From NCBI GenBank assembly GCA_964035545.1, contig CAXIUT010000205.1, positions 1,007-65,006 on the forward strand: DNA of 64,000 bases, written 5' to 3'. Made by a program: the position numbers and the translations under genes. Position 1 is the first letter of the stretch. Each line of letters starts with the position of its first letter. This document shows, piece by piece, positions 44,615 through 56,604 of the stretch. Source of the DNA: Bugula neritina (lineage: Eukaryota; Animalia; Bryozoa). The notes beneath the pieces were generated by a model, which was given only the letters and a program-made list of their open reading frames with translations, ran no database searches and was not told the DNA's origin.

Positions 44615-47207
44615 CACATATATACAAATATATAATGGATATCTAGGCATTCAGAATAATAACGTTATGAAGACGAAACAAAATACTGAAACTCACAGTT
44701 GTTTATGATTTATTTTAAATTGCAATAATTATATTTTTATAATATTGTAAATGTTTTTTTTATTTATAGATAGCGAATTAAAACATTTTATTAGCTATTT
44801 AAAAGAAATATAAATTAGAAACCGATATTAGTGGCGAATGAATTCGGTGTTAAGTATAATTTGAAACTAGTAATAATTAAATAATAGAGAATGTTAACCA
44901 TAGAAGGTTAAAGTCCTTTCTAAAATTATTATTCATTAAATATACTTATATAAAGGCAATCAATTACTTTTGTCTTTACTTATAGTAAACCCACTTACTT
45001 AACTTAATTAAATCTGTATGACCGATAGTGAACAAGTAGCGTGAGTGAAAGATGAAAAGAACCTTGTTTAGAGACCTTAAAAGATAGATTTTGAAATTGT
45101 ATATTTATAAGTATTTGTAGTGACTTTCTCTTAACTAGCATCTCTTTTAAAAAAAGAAGAGTTACAAAGTTGTGACTTTATATTATAAATATAGTATAAA
45201 GTCACGGAAAGAATCACAATGTACCTTTTGTATCATGGGTGAGTTAGTATACTTAAATAGCAAGCTTAAATGTTTAATTGTATGCATAATTATTGTAAGT
45301 ATTAACAATACTATAGTTATTTAAGTATGACCCGAAACCAAGTGATCTAATCTTGATCAGGTTGACGATTTAGAAGTATAAAACTTCTAGAGAAAATCTG
45401 AGGACCGTACTCGTGTATGTGCAATATACTGAGGTGAATTGTGATTAGGGGTGAAAGTCCAATCAAACTTGGTATAGCTGGTTTTCCACGAAATCTATAT
45501 AAGTAGAGTATTATATAATTAAAACTTTTACATAAAATGTAAAGCACATTATTTGCAATGGGAAGTAACATTTTACTGCGCACTATATAACTTATAATTT
45601 TTATGATTTAAATGTATAATAAACGGAATATATGCGAAAAGGTATATATTCGATAGAGAAACAACTCTTATCGTAAATTAATATTTTTAATTGTTTTTTT
45701 AGTGTGTTAATAAAATTAAATTTAATTACGACTAAAATGTAGGAATGGGGGCCGCCATCATTTAAAGAGTGCGTTTAAGCACATTAGTTTGAATAAATTT
45801 ATGTTTTTTTAAATGTATTGAATCTAAAAAAAGTTAATTTAAGTTACGAATTTTTACTAAAATAGTAGTGGAATATTCTGTATTGTATTAATGATTTTAA
45901 TATTCTTATCAGAATTAATAATTCTTATATCAGTAACAATAAAAAATGTGAGAAACATTTTCACTGAAAATCTAAAAGGTTTTTCTTCATAGGTTATCTA
46001 GAACAAGTTAATCGTTTCTAAGAAATAAGCCAACGCTTTTTTCTAAGATAATATTTTACATATTAATTTATGATTATTTATTATAACAATAACTAAACAA
46101 ATATATCTATAGAATAATTTATAAAATATTTTGTTTATTTATTCAGGAAAAATTAATTAATTATATTTTTATAAAAAAGCTCTTATCTGTTAAAAAACAG
46201 ATAAGTTAAATATTAGTTAAATAGCTAAATTTGTAAAAAAAAATTGTTTCAAAATCAACGTACCTAAACTAACACTAGTAGATTGGTATAGAATACTAAA
46301 GTGATTAAGATAATAATGTTAAAGGAACTCGGCAAAATAACTCTGTATCCTCGGTATTAAGAGTATTAAGTAGATAATATATTATTTATTTAATGGCAGA
46401 AAGCAGAAAGGGGCGACTGTTTAATAAAAACACAGGATTCTGCTAAATTTAAAAAATGATGTATTGAATCTGACACTTGCCCAGTGCTGTAGTAACATAA
46501 AAAAGTTAGATCTATTTAAATAGTTTTAACTTTATAAATGCTCAGCAAACGGCGGCTGTAACCATGACGGTCCAAAGGTAGCGAAATTTATTGTCATTTA
46601 ATTGTTGACCTGCATGAATAGTGTAACGACTTCTTTACTGTCTCTAACAATATCTTAGTGAAATTAAATTTTCTGTGAAAATTCAGAAATAATACAGCAA
46701 GACGGCAAGACCCTATGAACCTTTACTATAATTATATAATATAATTTTGTAAACTCTTTGTTTAGACTTAGACTTATATTGTTTAAAATGTTTCTGAAAA
46801 AAAGTTCTCTGTATAGTTTCATTATTATGTTTAATGTATTACAATACATATTTAATATATATTATTAATGTTTTTTTACTTATATAATGGTTAGTTTTGT
46901 TGGGGCAACAACCTGCTAAAAAGTAACGCAGGTGTACTAAGGTAGTCATTCAACTGTATTAATACAAGTTTGAATATTTAATGGTATAATACTGCTTTAC
47001 TGTTAGATATACATATCAATCAGTAATATTATATAAGATATCATTTACAATGTAATATATTGGTCATTTTATGACCCATAGATGATGTCTTATATATATT
47101 GGTCATAGTGACCCAGTAATTTATAGTGGAATAATTATTGATCAACGGATAAAAGGTACTCTAGGGATAACAGGCTTATTACTCTTGAGAGCTCTTATCA
47201 ACGGAGT

Positions 47208-47241
<34 letters not shown>

Positions 47242-47600
47242 AGAGCTGAAGGTGGTTCTAAGGGTTTAGCTGTTCGCTAATTAAAGTGGTACGTGAGCTG
47301 GGTTTAGAACGTTGTGAAACAGTTTGGACGCTATCTGCTGTATTGTTAAAAAAATAAAATATTTTTTTTTTTTAGTACGAAAGGAACAAAAAAAGCAAAT
47401 CTATGGTTGACCAATTATTTATATTTTAAGTACTGTTGGGTAGCTACATTTGATAAAATAATTGCTAAAAGCATATTTATAGCAAGAAGTTTAAATATTT
47501 TTATTTTTTAAGAAAGGGGTTGTATATTACAACTGTATAGGTTAGAAGTGTATTTATAGTGATATATTTTGAGCGAACTAATACTAACTCTGTGATAATA
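44615..47600 (+). rRNA. rnl: large subunit rRNA (ends approximate)
   Basis: gaccgatagtgaacaagta, gacccgaaacc, aaggaactcggcaaa, aaggtagcgaaatt, gggataacaggct, ggcacctcgatgtcggctc, gagctgggtttagaacgt. Confidence 0.96.
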
Positions 47601-47791
47601 TGTGAAACTGTAAACTTTTATTTTTTTTTCTCTCTTATTCTTAAATGTGTTTTTTTTACTTGCCTTTATTATATAATTATGTATGTGCTTTTTTTTACTA
47701 TACTAGTAATCTTAAATATCAAGTAAGAGTCAGACTTTCTTGTTTTATATATAAAGAATGTTCTCCATCTCTTTTACTTAAAGAATATTAC

Positions 47792-47819
47792 TCTATTTAT
47801 TTTTTAAAAAATAAATAGA
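47792..47819. repeat. 28-nt perfect palindrome upstream of cob
   Basis: tctatttatttttt/aaaaaataaataga. Confidence 0.7.
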
Positions 47820-47878
47820 ACAATAGTTGTTCTTCGCAACTCTGTAGATGAATAATACTTCTTTCAAAAACAAAATAA

Positions 47879-49114
47879 GTGTTTCTTTTAAATGAATTCT
47901 TATTATTAAAAAATATTTTTAACAATTTAAGTAATTTAATGATTAGATATCCCTTATCGAAAAATATAGGTTACATGTGAAATTTTGGTTCTATTTCTGG
48001 TGCCTTCTTAGCAATTCAAATAATAACAGGCATCTTTTTAGCAATGTTTTATATTCCAGATATAAATTTAGCTTTTTCTAGTGTAGATTACATAATGCAT
48101 AATGTAATGTACGGGTGGTTCGTAAGATTAATACATTTAAATTCAGCATCTTTTTTTTTCTTATTTATTTATATACACATGTTAAGAGGTTTGTACTATA
48201 AATCGTATCAATTTCCAAGAACGAATACTTGAATAACAGGTGTAACAATATATGTCTTACTGATGGGTACGGCTTTTTTAGGATATGTTTTACCTTGAGG
48301 TCAAATGAGTTTTTGAGCAGCAACTGTTATAACAAATTTATTAACAGTTGCTCCTGTAATAGGAGATGATTTAGTATCTTTTATTTGGGGAGGTTTTTCA
48401 ATAAATCGTAACACTTTAAATAGATTTTTTTGTTTACATTATTTATTACCTTTTATAATAAGTGCTATCGTAATGATACATATAGTAATGCTTCATCAAA
48501 CAGGATCGAATAATGAATTGAAATTGAAATTATCCAAGACTTATAACATAGTATTTACCCCTTTTTTTAGTGCGAAAGATTTATTTTCAGTATTTCTTAT
48601 TTTAATAACATTTTTTTTTTTTATTTCAATAACACCAGAGTTATTAAATCATAATATTAATTATATACATGCTAATCCAATAGTAACACCAGTACATATA
48701 GTACCTGAATGGTACTTTTTACCTTATTACGCTATTTTGAGGTCTATTTTACAAAAAGAAATAGGTATAATATATATGTTTTTGTCTATTTTTTTATTGT
48801 TTTTATTACCAATACTAGATTCTAAAACAAATAGATTAGTAGTACATTTTTCGATTTATAAAAAAATGTTTTGGTTTTTTTGTTTCAATTTTATTTTTTT
48901 GGGATTCTTAGGCAGTCAAACAGTAGCTTTTCCATGTATTGAGCTAGGTTTATTATGTACATGACTTCACTTGTTCTACTTTCTTATTTTTATTCCTTTT
49001 TTAAATGTTTCTTATGAGAACATGCATACGTTTTTTAAAAACGATGAGTTTTTAAAAAACGATAAACGAAATTTATTAGAGTACTTCAGAGGAATATATG
49101 TTTACTTGGTCTAA
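47879..49114 (+). CDS. cob: apocytochrome b (probable GTG start; first ATG at 47939)
   Basis: YM(W)[29 protein letters not shown](W)GQMSF(W)[28 protein letters not shown]. Confidence 0.97.
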
Positions 49115-50744
49115 TTTGACTTTGTTTTTATTGATTCATGCTCTCTGAAAAGCTAGTACTCTAATAAATATAGTCTTTAAGGTCTTCTTCGGGATGAGCG
49201 TATATTCTAAAATACGACTAGAATGTTTATATATATGAACGTTAGTATTAACGTTAGTATTAACGTTGCTAGATATTCTGGTTGGCGAGCCAGTAACACT
49301 TAAAAGAATAAGAGAATCTTTGTTTAATTGTTACAGAGAAATTATTATTTTTATAAGTCTGAATATATTTTTTTTTTGTATCTTTTTTTTTTGTATATTT
49401 GAATTAGATCATATAGGTTTTAGGTGAGTTTGAAAATTAACTTTTCAAAGTTTTAACTTCTATATAGGTATCGATGGAATATCCTTAATGTTTATTTTTT
49501 TAACGACTTTGATAACACCTTTGTGTTTGATATTTAGTTGGTATAATAACACAAATGTACTTAACCATAGGTTTTATTTTTTAAATATATTGTTGCTAGA
49601 AATTTTAATTTTGGCAGTGTTTCTTGTTTTAGATATCGTAGCATTCTATATATTATTTGAATTGATATTAATACCTTTTTATGTATTGGTAACGTTATAT
49701 AATTTTAAGAATTATAAGAGTGTTAGCTCCTCGAATAGGAAGATGCATGCGTTCTATTTATTATTATTTTACACCTTATTTGCCTCTTTAGTTATGTTTA
49801 CGGCAATACTGTTACTGTATATAAATACAGGAACCACTAACCTTCTATTGTTGTGGTACTGTAATATGCCTTTGTTCTTAGAAAAGTTTTTATGATGGTG
49901 CTTTTTTTTGTCTTTTAGTGTGAAGGTACCTATCATGCCTTTTCATTTATGACTACCTGAAGCACATGTCGAATCTCCTACAGAGTGTTCCGTGTTATTG
50001 GCGGCATTACTATTAAAGGTTGGAGCATACGGCTTTCTAAGAGTCTTAATTACTATTTTTCCAAATGCAACAGTGTCTTATAATATATTTGTGATAGTTT
50101 TTTGTACCGTCTCAAGTCTCTATACTTCCATGTGTGCAATGGTTCAAATTGATATTAAACGTATTATCGCATATGCTTCAATAGCACATATGAATATCTG
50201 CATCTTGGGTATAATGACTTTTGAAGTAGAGTCCATTCTTGGAAGTGTTGTACTGTTATTTGGACATGGTTTGGTTTCAGCAGGTCTATTTTTCTCAATA
50301 GGAATGTTATATATAAGGTATCATACCAAAAATCTAAAAATGTTTAGTGGTATGGTTTTTCAAATGCCCTACCTATCTTTTTTATTTTTTTTTTTTATAA
50401 TTAGTAACTTTTCTTTTCCTGGAACAGTTAATTTTGTAGGTGAGTTTCTGATACTATTTAGCTTTTTTAAAGAGGAATTAAGTTTTTTCTATCTTGTTTT
50501 TTTCATATGTATTATAATTACAACTACTTATAGTCTTGTGTTATATAATAAACTCTTTTTTGGTTTGCCACAAAAGTTTAGTTTAAATAAACCTAAGAAA
50601 GATTTACTTAAATATGAGCAGTTCATATTATTTTCTTTACTAGGTCTGATTATATTTTTTGGAATAGAGCCATCGTTTTTTTTTAATCATATAACATCCG
50701 ATTTAAAAAGATTGTTCTTTATATTGTTTACATCGGGTCTCTAA
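49098..50744 (+). CDS. nad4: NADH dehydrogenase subunit 4
   Basis: IGIDGISL, FYILFE..LIP, VKVP..PFHL(W)LPEAHVESP, D.KRIIAYASIAHMN, FPGTVNFVGE. Confidence 0.96.
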
Positions 50745-50926
50745 GTTTTGACATCCTAATATACATCTAAAAGTTCTCAGGTTTGACCACTTTATGGGAT
50801 ACCTGCGGTATCTATCCTTTTTATATATGTTGTTAACTTCTCGTGTAGCGTGGTTACCGTGGTTACCTTAAAATCTATATAAGCATTCCCTCTTCCCTCT
50901 AATCTATATAGCCCTCCCCCTATAAT

Positions 50927-52597
50927 ATGCTAGGACGTAATGATCTGTTTATTGGAAAAATCACAAATTTGATGGATAATATAATTATCGGTAGTACCAC
51001 TGTTTCTCCCTATACAGGGGAGAAAGTTATCTTCTATAACAATGTATCTAGGTATGTTGAATGTGAAGCCTGTGTGTTCGAAATACACAATGGACGTATA
51101 AAGATGTTACTTACGAAAGGTAAGCAAGAGAACCTGTTCGTTGGTTATAGTATCTTTAGAACTAATCAAACGATGACATTGTCTTTAGATTGAAATATCT
51201 TAGGTACAATCATAACACCTTTTGGAAAAAAATTAAACTCTATTAATATAGACCTTGATGAGCATTTAAGTCTAAATTCCAATTTTTTTTCTTTCGAATA
51301 CAAAGAAATCCATGCAGAATCGCCTGATATCATTAGTAGAAAACTAGTAAGTAAACCGCTATTAACAGGTCTAAATGTAGTTGATTGCTTGATACCTGTG
51401 GGTTTTGGACAAAGACAGCTGATAATAGGTGATAATAATACGGGTAAGAGTTCGTTAGCAATAACAGTAATTCTTAATCAAAATCAATTTAACAAAGACT
51501 ATTCGTCTTTTTTAAAAAAAAAAATATTTATTCCTTTTTTTAAACCTTGTATATATGTGTCTATTGGGCAGAAACGTTCTGAGGTAGCGAGGCTTCAAGC
51601 CGTGTTACGTAATAATGATAGTAGTTGATATACTTGTATATTGTTTACTAGTTCGGATGACTTACCAGTTATTCAATATTATGCACCTTATTCTGGATGT
51701 ACTATAGGAGAATGGTTTATGTATAAAGGATATGATTGTCTACTTGTATTTGATGACCTATCACAACATTCTGTGGCTTATAGGCAAATGACCTTATTAT
51801 TACGTAGACCACCTGGTAGAGAAGCTTTCCCAGGAGACGTTTTTTTCTTACATTCACGTTTGTTAGAAAGGTCAGCTCAATTAGCGGATTATAAAGGAGA
51901 AGGTTCTTTAACATCTTTACCTATTATTGAAACTTTATGTGGTGACGTATCTTCTTATATACCTACTAATGTAATTTCTATTACAGATGGACAACTTTTT
52001 CTTTCCAAAAATTTATTTAATAGAGGGGTAATACCTGCTGTTAATTTAGGATTGTCAGTAAGTAGAGTGGGTTCGTCTGCACAATATAGCTCCATGATAA
52101 CAGTCTCAAAAACCATAAAAGCGCATTTATCATTATATAATCAATTTAAAGATGCGGAGTTATTAGGTAGCAGTTCGAATCACTTAGTAGGTAAATATAT
52201 AAAGAGAGGGCAGCGTCTAACTTTATTTTTTACGCAACCACTGTATGGTACACAAAGGTTTTTTAAACAGATAGTATACTTATATTGTTTGGGGGAGGGT
52301 TTTGCGGATGACCTAGATGTTAGACTAACGAAATTTTTTTTAGCTTCACTGTTTAATAGGGAATATAATTCTTATATAGATTTAAAGGGAACCTATATCT
52401 CATTTTTTTTGAATGATTTACACTTTGAGAATTATTTAAAGTCTTTTGGTTTAAATAAGCATCTCAAAACGTTACTATCTGACTGGTTATTATGCTTTAA
52501 AACCTTTTTTTCAAACATGGTCTTGCCTATGGTTAAAGCTTTTGAAAATCAAACTTATATCTGATCTTTAATATCAGATTATCAAGACTCTTTTTAG
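50927..52597 (+). CDS. atp1: ATP synthase F1 alpha subunit (divergent)
   Basis: PLLTGL.VVD.LIPVG.GQRQLIIGD..TGK, CIYVSIGQKRS, DDLSQHSVAYRQ..LLLRRPPGREAFPGDVFFLHSRLLER, YIPTNVISITDGQ. Confidence 0.97.
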
Positions 52598-53002
52598 ATG
52601 TTTTTTTTTAATATTTATTTTGTTATTCTTTTTATAGAATATTTTATAATTTTAAATAATTCTAAAAGTATTATTTTTTTTTATATATTTTTTTTAATAA
52701 TCTATTTTTTTTCTAAAATGTTCTATTATTATAAGAGCACGAACTTTTTAAATACAAAAAGGACCTTCTCTAGCTCTAATACTTACATACATTTAAGCAC
52801 CTCTTATTTCTTTTATATCCAACTTAAAGCAGCCTCTTTATATCTTTTGTATAAAATAATAACGTTTTCTTTTTATAATTTTTATTTGAAAGTAAAACAA
52901 GTAATTAAATTAAATCTAAATTACTTTCTTATAAGTATTTCAAACCTAAAAAGACGGTTACTGTTGTATAAAAATGTATGTGTCGGACACATACATTTTT
53001 AA
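52598..53002 (+). CDS. orf134, hydrophobic N-terminus; candidate divergent ATP synthase b subunit (atp4)
   Basis: Begins immediately after the atp1 stop; N-terminal hydrophobic segments; no diagnostic motif. Confidence 0.45.
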   Translation: MFFFNIYFVILFIEYFIILNNSKSIIFFYIFFLIIYFFSKMFYYYKSTNFLNTKRTFSSSNTYIHLSTSYFFYIQLKAASLYLLYKIITFSFYNFYLKVKQVIKLNLNYFLISISNLKRRLLLYKNVCVGHIHF

Positions 53003-53048
53003 TTTTAAAATCTTCTAATCTTTTTAGAAGATTTTTTTACGTCTAAAT

Positions 53049-53747
53049 ATGTTAGCTAAAAAAAATACTTTTTTTAAGTATAAGAGTCTTTTATCTTTCT
53101 CTAGTTTTAATAATAACAGCATAAACAGTTATGTTTGAAATATACGTCGGACAGTAGCGTTCTTGTTCTTCTTTTTATATAAAAAAAGCTACTTTTTAAA
53201 AATATATTTCAAATATAACTTTCTGATATATTGTATTATATTAAAAAGTAAATTCGCTGGCCATTATTGTAATAATATTTCTGTTATTAAAGATCTTTAC
53301 ATTAATAAATATTGCTTTTTTATAAACAAGTTGTATTTCGATACAATTTTTAATCTAAAAAGAACTTCAACCATATTTTTTCTAATGTCCTCAAGAGTGT
53401 CTCTCTTTCTTAGTAACGTTACGTATCTAAGAAAATATAATTATTTTTATAATTTATTTAATTACTATAATAATAATATATTTCTTACAATGGTTTGATT
53501 ATATAATCTTAAACTGTCTACTTTTTTTAATATAAATATTAGTAGTTTACCTCATAAGTTAAAGAAGTTTATAGTTTTAAAATCACCTCATACAGACAAG
53601 AAATCTAGGGAGAAATTTAATATAAAAAGGATTAAAAAAACCTTATTTTACCCTTCGATATTCAATACTACATCTAATTTTTTATTTGTTAATTTTATTA
53701 ATGAAAATCTATTAATAAAAAATTTAAATAATAACAAAGTATTTTAA
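53049..53747 (+). CDS. rps10: ribosomal protein S10 (with insertion)
   Basis: LPHKLKKFIVLKSPHTDKKSREKF after reading TGA 53496-53498 as Trp. Confidence 0.92.
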
Positions 53748-53749
53748 TT

Positions 53750-54064
53750 ATGTATTTAAGAAAGGTAGGTCTCATAAAGAATTATTATAATAAGTTATTT
53801 ATGGATAATGTTTATCCATATCCAAAATCGCGTAATGGTTTATATTTGAAAAAAAAAAAATTAATTCATAGAACGTTTCAAGTGATGTACCCTATTTTTA
53901 ATAAAAACACATCTTTTTTTTCTTTATATTGCAGTCTAATAACACATAAAAACACTAAAATAAAAAATAATTTAAATCAATCTATTCTTTTCGAAAGTTA
54001 TATTTCAAATAATAAATTGTTTTTAAATGTACCATTATCTTCTCTTTTTATATTGGTTAAATAA
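53750..54064 (+). CDS. orf104, possible divergent ribosomal protein S16
   Basis: YLRKVG.K..Y...KSRNGLYL...MYP loosely resembles bS16 IRL.R.G.K...SRDG.FIE..G.Y.P. Confidence 0.45.
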   Translation: MYLRKVGLIKNYYNKLFMDNVYPYPKSRNGLYLKKKKLIHRTFQVMYPIFNKNTSFFSLYCSLITHKNTKIKNNLNQSILFESYISNNKLFLNVPLSSLFILVK

Positions 54065-54074
54065 AACACCAAAA

Positions 54075-54365
54075 ATGCCACATATTGATATATTTTTATT
54101 AGTTAGTCAATCCATATATATATGATATTTATTCATATTTTATTTTTTCTATACAAAAGTAGCATGTTTTTTATATACTTTTTCATCGTTTGAATTACTT
54201 TTTTTTCTAAAAGGTTTTTTTTTCAGTAAAATAAAAACTTTCATATACATGTCTAGTTGGATGTGCAACAAAACTATTTTAATAACCATTTTTCTTACCC
54301 TTATGAAGGAGTACTCTTTCTTATTAGGTGTTCTTTTTTTTTCTAAAAATACTTTTCAAATATAA
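54075..54365 (+). CDS. atp8: ATP synthase subunit 8
   Basis: MPHIDIFLLVSQ... (MPQLD-like) followed by a hydrophobic stretch; stop overlaps the cox2 ATG; missed by the ORF track. Confidence 0.8.
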
Positions 54366-55444
54366 TGCTTCTAATGAGTCTGATTATTGCTATGTTTTTT
54401 TTGTCATGGTCTTTTAAAGACTATATATTAAATGTATTTAATTCTAATATATCCTTCGTAAAACCATTAAATTCTAGTCTATCTGAAATATTAGAAAATA
54501 GTAGTTCCGCTTCTTACATGAAGGTATCTCTAAGTACCTTTTTAAATGTTTCAGATGTTTATGATGATTACCAACCATACTTATTTGGTTTACCATTACC
54601 TGCTTCAGAAACGATGAATAGTTTAGTTGATTTATATACAGAAGTATATACTTTGATCGTATGCGTTTTTGTTGTTGTGTTCTTTCTTTTTGTTGAGACT
54701 ATTGTGAAGTATATGCATAAGCAGTTTGATCCGGCCACTAACCGCTATTTCTATATTTACCCTATACCTTTTTCAAATGAAGAAGAACATTTTATAGACA
54801 CTTTAGTTATAATTATACCAACATGAATAGTATTACATATATTAGCACCTTCATTAGGTTATTTATATAATGAAGAAGTTAAGTTTTATGACGTATGTCT
54901 ATCATTTGATGTGAATGTTATTGGATGTCAATGATACTGAACATATGAATATGTTATAGAGATATTTACGAATGTGTGTTATTCTGAATGAAATCCGTAC
55001 GTGAGAGACGACTCTCACTCTCACTGTACTCAATTTATTTTTTCTTTTGACTCTATTATAAATCTTGAAGACCCTGAAAAAAGACTCCTTTCTGTGTATG
55101 AGCCTTTAGTTTTACCTGTAAATACTAACATATTATTATCTTTTACATCTAGAGATGTAATACACTCTTGAGCATTACCTCAAATGGGTATTAAAGTGGA
55201 TTGCGTACCTGGCAGAATTACACATGCTATATTTTGTAGTTACTCTATGGGAGTTTTCTATGGTCAGTGTTCCGAACTGTGTGGGGTGTTTCACGGCTTC
55301 ATGCCTATATGTGTTGAAGTTGTAACATTTGATCACTTTTTTATATGAGCAGTAAACACTTATTTAATATCGTTGTTTGAACATAGTAGTACTGAAGTAG
55401 TAGGTTTTTTTTTTGAAAAAATAAAACAATTCTTGAAAAGGTAA
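54365..55444 (+). CDS. cox2: cytochrome c oxidase subunit 2 (N-terminal extension)
   Basis: GCQ(W)Y(W)TYEY, DVIHS(W)ALPQMGIKVDCVPGR, CuA motif GQCSELCGVFHGFMPI. Confidence 0.97.
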
Positions 55445-55538
55445 GTAATTAATTAATAGATATGTCTATTAGTGCTCTAAACAAGAAAAATAATAATTAA
55501 TTTCTTGTAAGAGGTTACTTTTATTAAAATTATATCCG

Positions 55539-55617
55539 AGCGGTATCGTTTAAAAATTGGCAGAGCGAGCGTTAGGTTAATAATCTGAAAGTATGAGTTC
55601 GATTCTCATTGCCGCTA
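55539..55617 (+). pseudogene. altered duplicate of the initiator-type tRNA-Met; anticodon loop tt-aat-aa
   Basis: 3' half identical to trnM 43049 (taatctgaaagtatgagttcgattctcattgccgctaaat); gagc duplicated after the D-arm. Confidence 0.8.
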
Positions 55618-55746
55618 AATTAGTCTAACTTTGGTTAGTTAGTATTATAAATAAGAATCTATTTGTGGTGTGTTTATTTTTACTATATGTCGTTTTTTTT
55701 TTTTTACTTTTTACTGGTTTAATGTTTATTTACTTAATATATAGAG

Positions 55747-56544
55747 ATGTATAATTTCACAAATTACACGGTCTTATTTTTATCAGAAATAAAAATAAGA
55801 CTTTTTTATATTTTTATGGACCTTTTTATTACTTTTTTTTTTCTAATCTGTAATTTTAATAATTTTATATTATTTTTACTACAACCATTAGAAACATTTA
55901 ATTTAGATTTAAATTATAATAATGTGAGTTGTTTGTTATATAACTTTTTAAATTTAAATTATGATGACTTTATAGACTCTGATAACCTATTGTTTTTTAA
56001 ATATAATAATTCATTTGATTTGTATACCTCTTTAGAAATAAATATATCTAATACAAATTGTTTATATTTAAAACTAATATTTTTTTTTGTAGTAATAATA
56101 ATATTACCTATAATTACATATCAAATATACTTATTTATTCTACCTAGTTTATATAAACATGAATTAAAGACAAAAGCTTTTTTATTCTTTTTTTATTATT
56201 ATATATTTTTTGTTCTAAAGTTTAATTATTTGTTTTCTACTATTCTGAACTTTAACTATAATAATTATCAAGAATTTCAAAATTATGAATTTGATATTGA
56301 ATTTATCTTTTATGATTATTTTATATTATATTTGAAAACGTTTTTTTTATTTTTATTAAACGTATATCTTTTATTTTGATATATAAATTATTTTATTAAT
56401 AAGAAGCTTTTTCATGTTTTTTATGTTTTCGTAAATATAATATTTTATACTAATTTATTTATATTTATATTGTTTTATATAAGCCTGTTTATATTTGATT
56501 ATAAAAAGCATATAGGTTTATATGAACACATAATAAAAACGTAA
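55747..56544 (+). CDS. tatC: twin-arginine translocase subunit TatC (mttB)
   Basis: LSEIKIRLFY (ELR.R-like) and LPIITYQIYLFILPSLYKHE (P...YQ.W.FI.PGLY..E-like). Confidence 0.85.
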
Positions 56545-56604
56545 CATAAGTTTAAGGTATCACTGTGATATAGACTTTGACAAATAACTTAACAAAACTA
56601 ATAA

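Noticed and set aside
40933-46849. Short ORFs at 40933, 43688, 44154, 44339, 45347 and 46664
   Set aside because: They overlap rRNA or tRNA genes or their spacers, mostly antisense, and have no protein motifs.
50886-50920. C-rich patch before atp1 sharing ttccctctaat with 36182
   Set aside because: A single 11-nt match with no consistent position relative to gene starts; insufficient to call a promoter motif.
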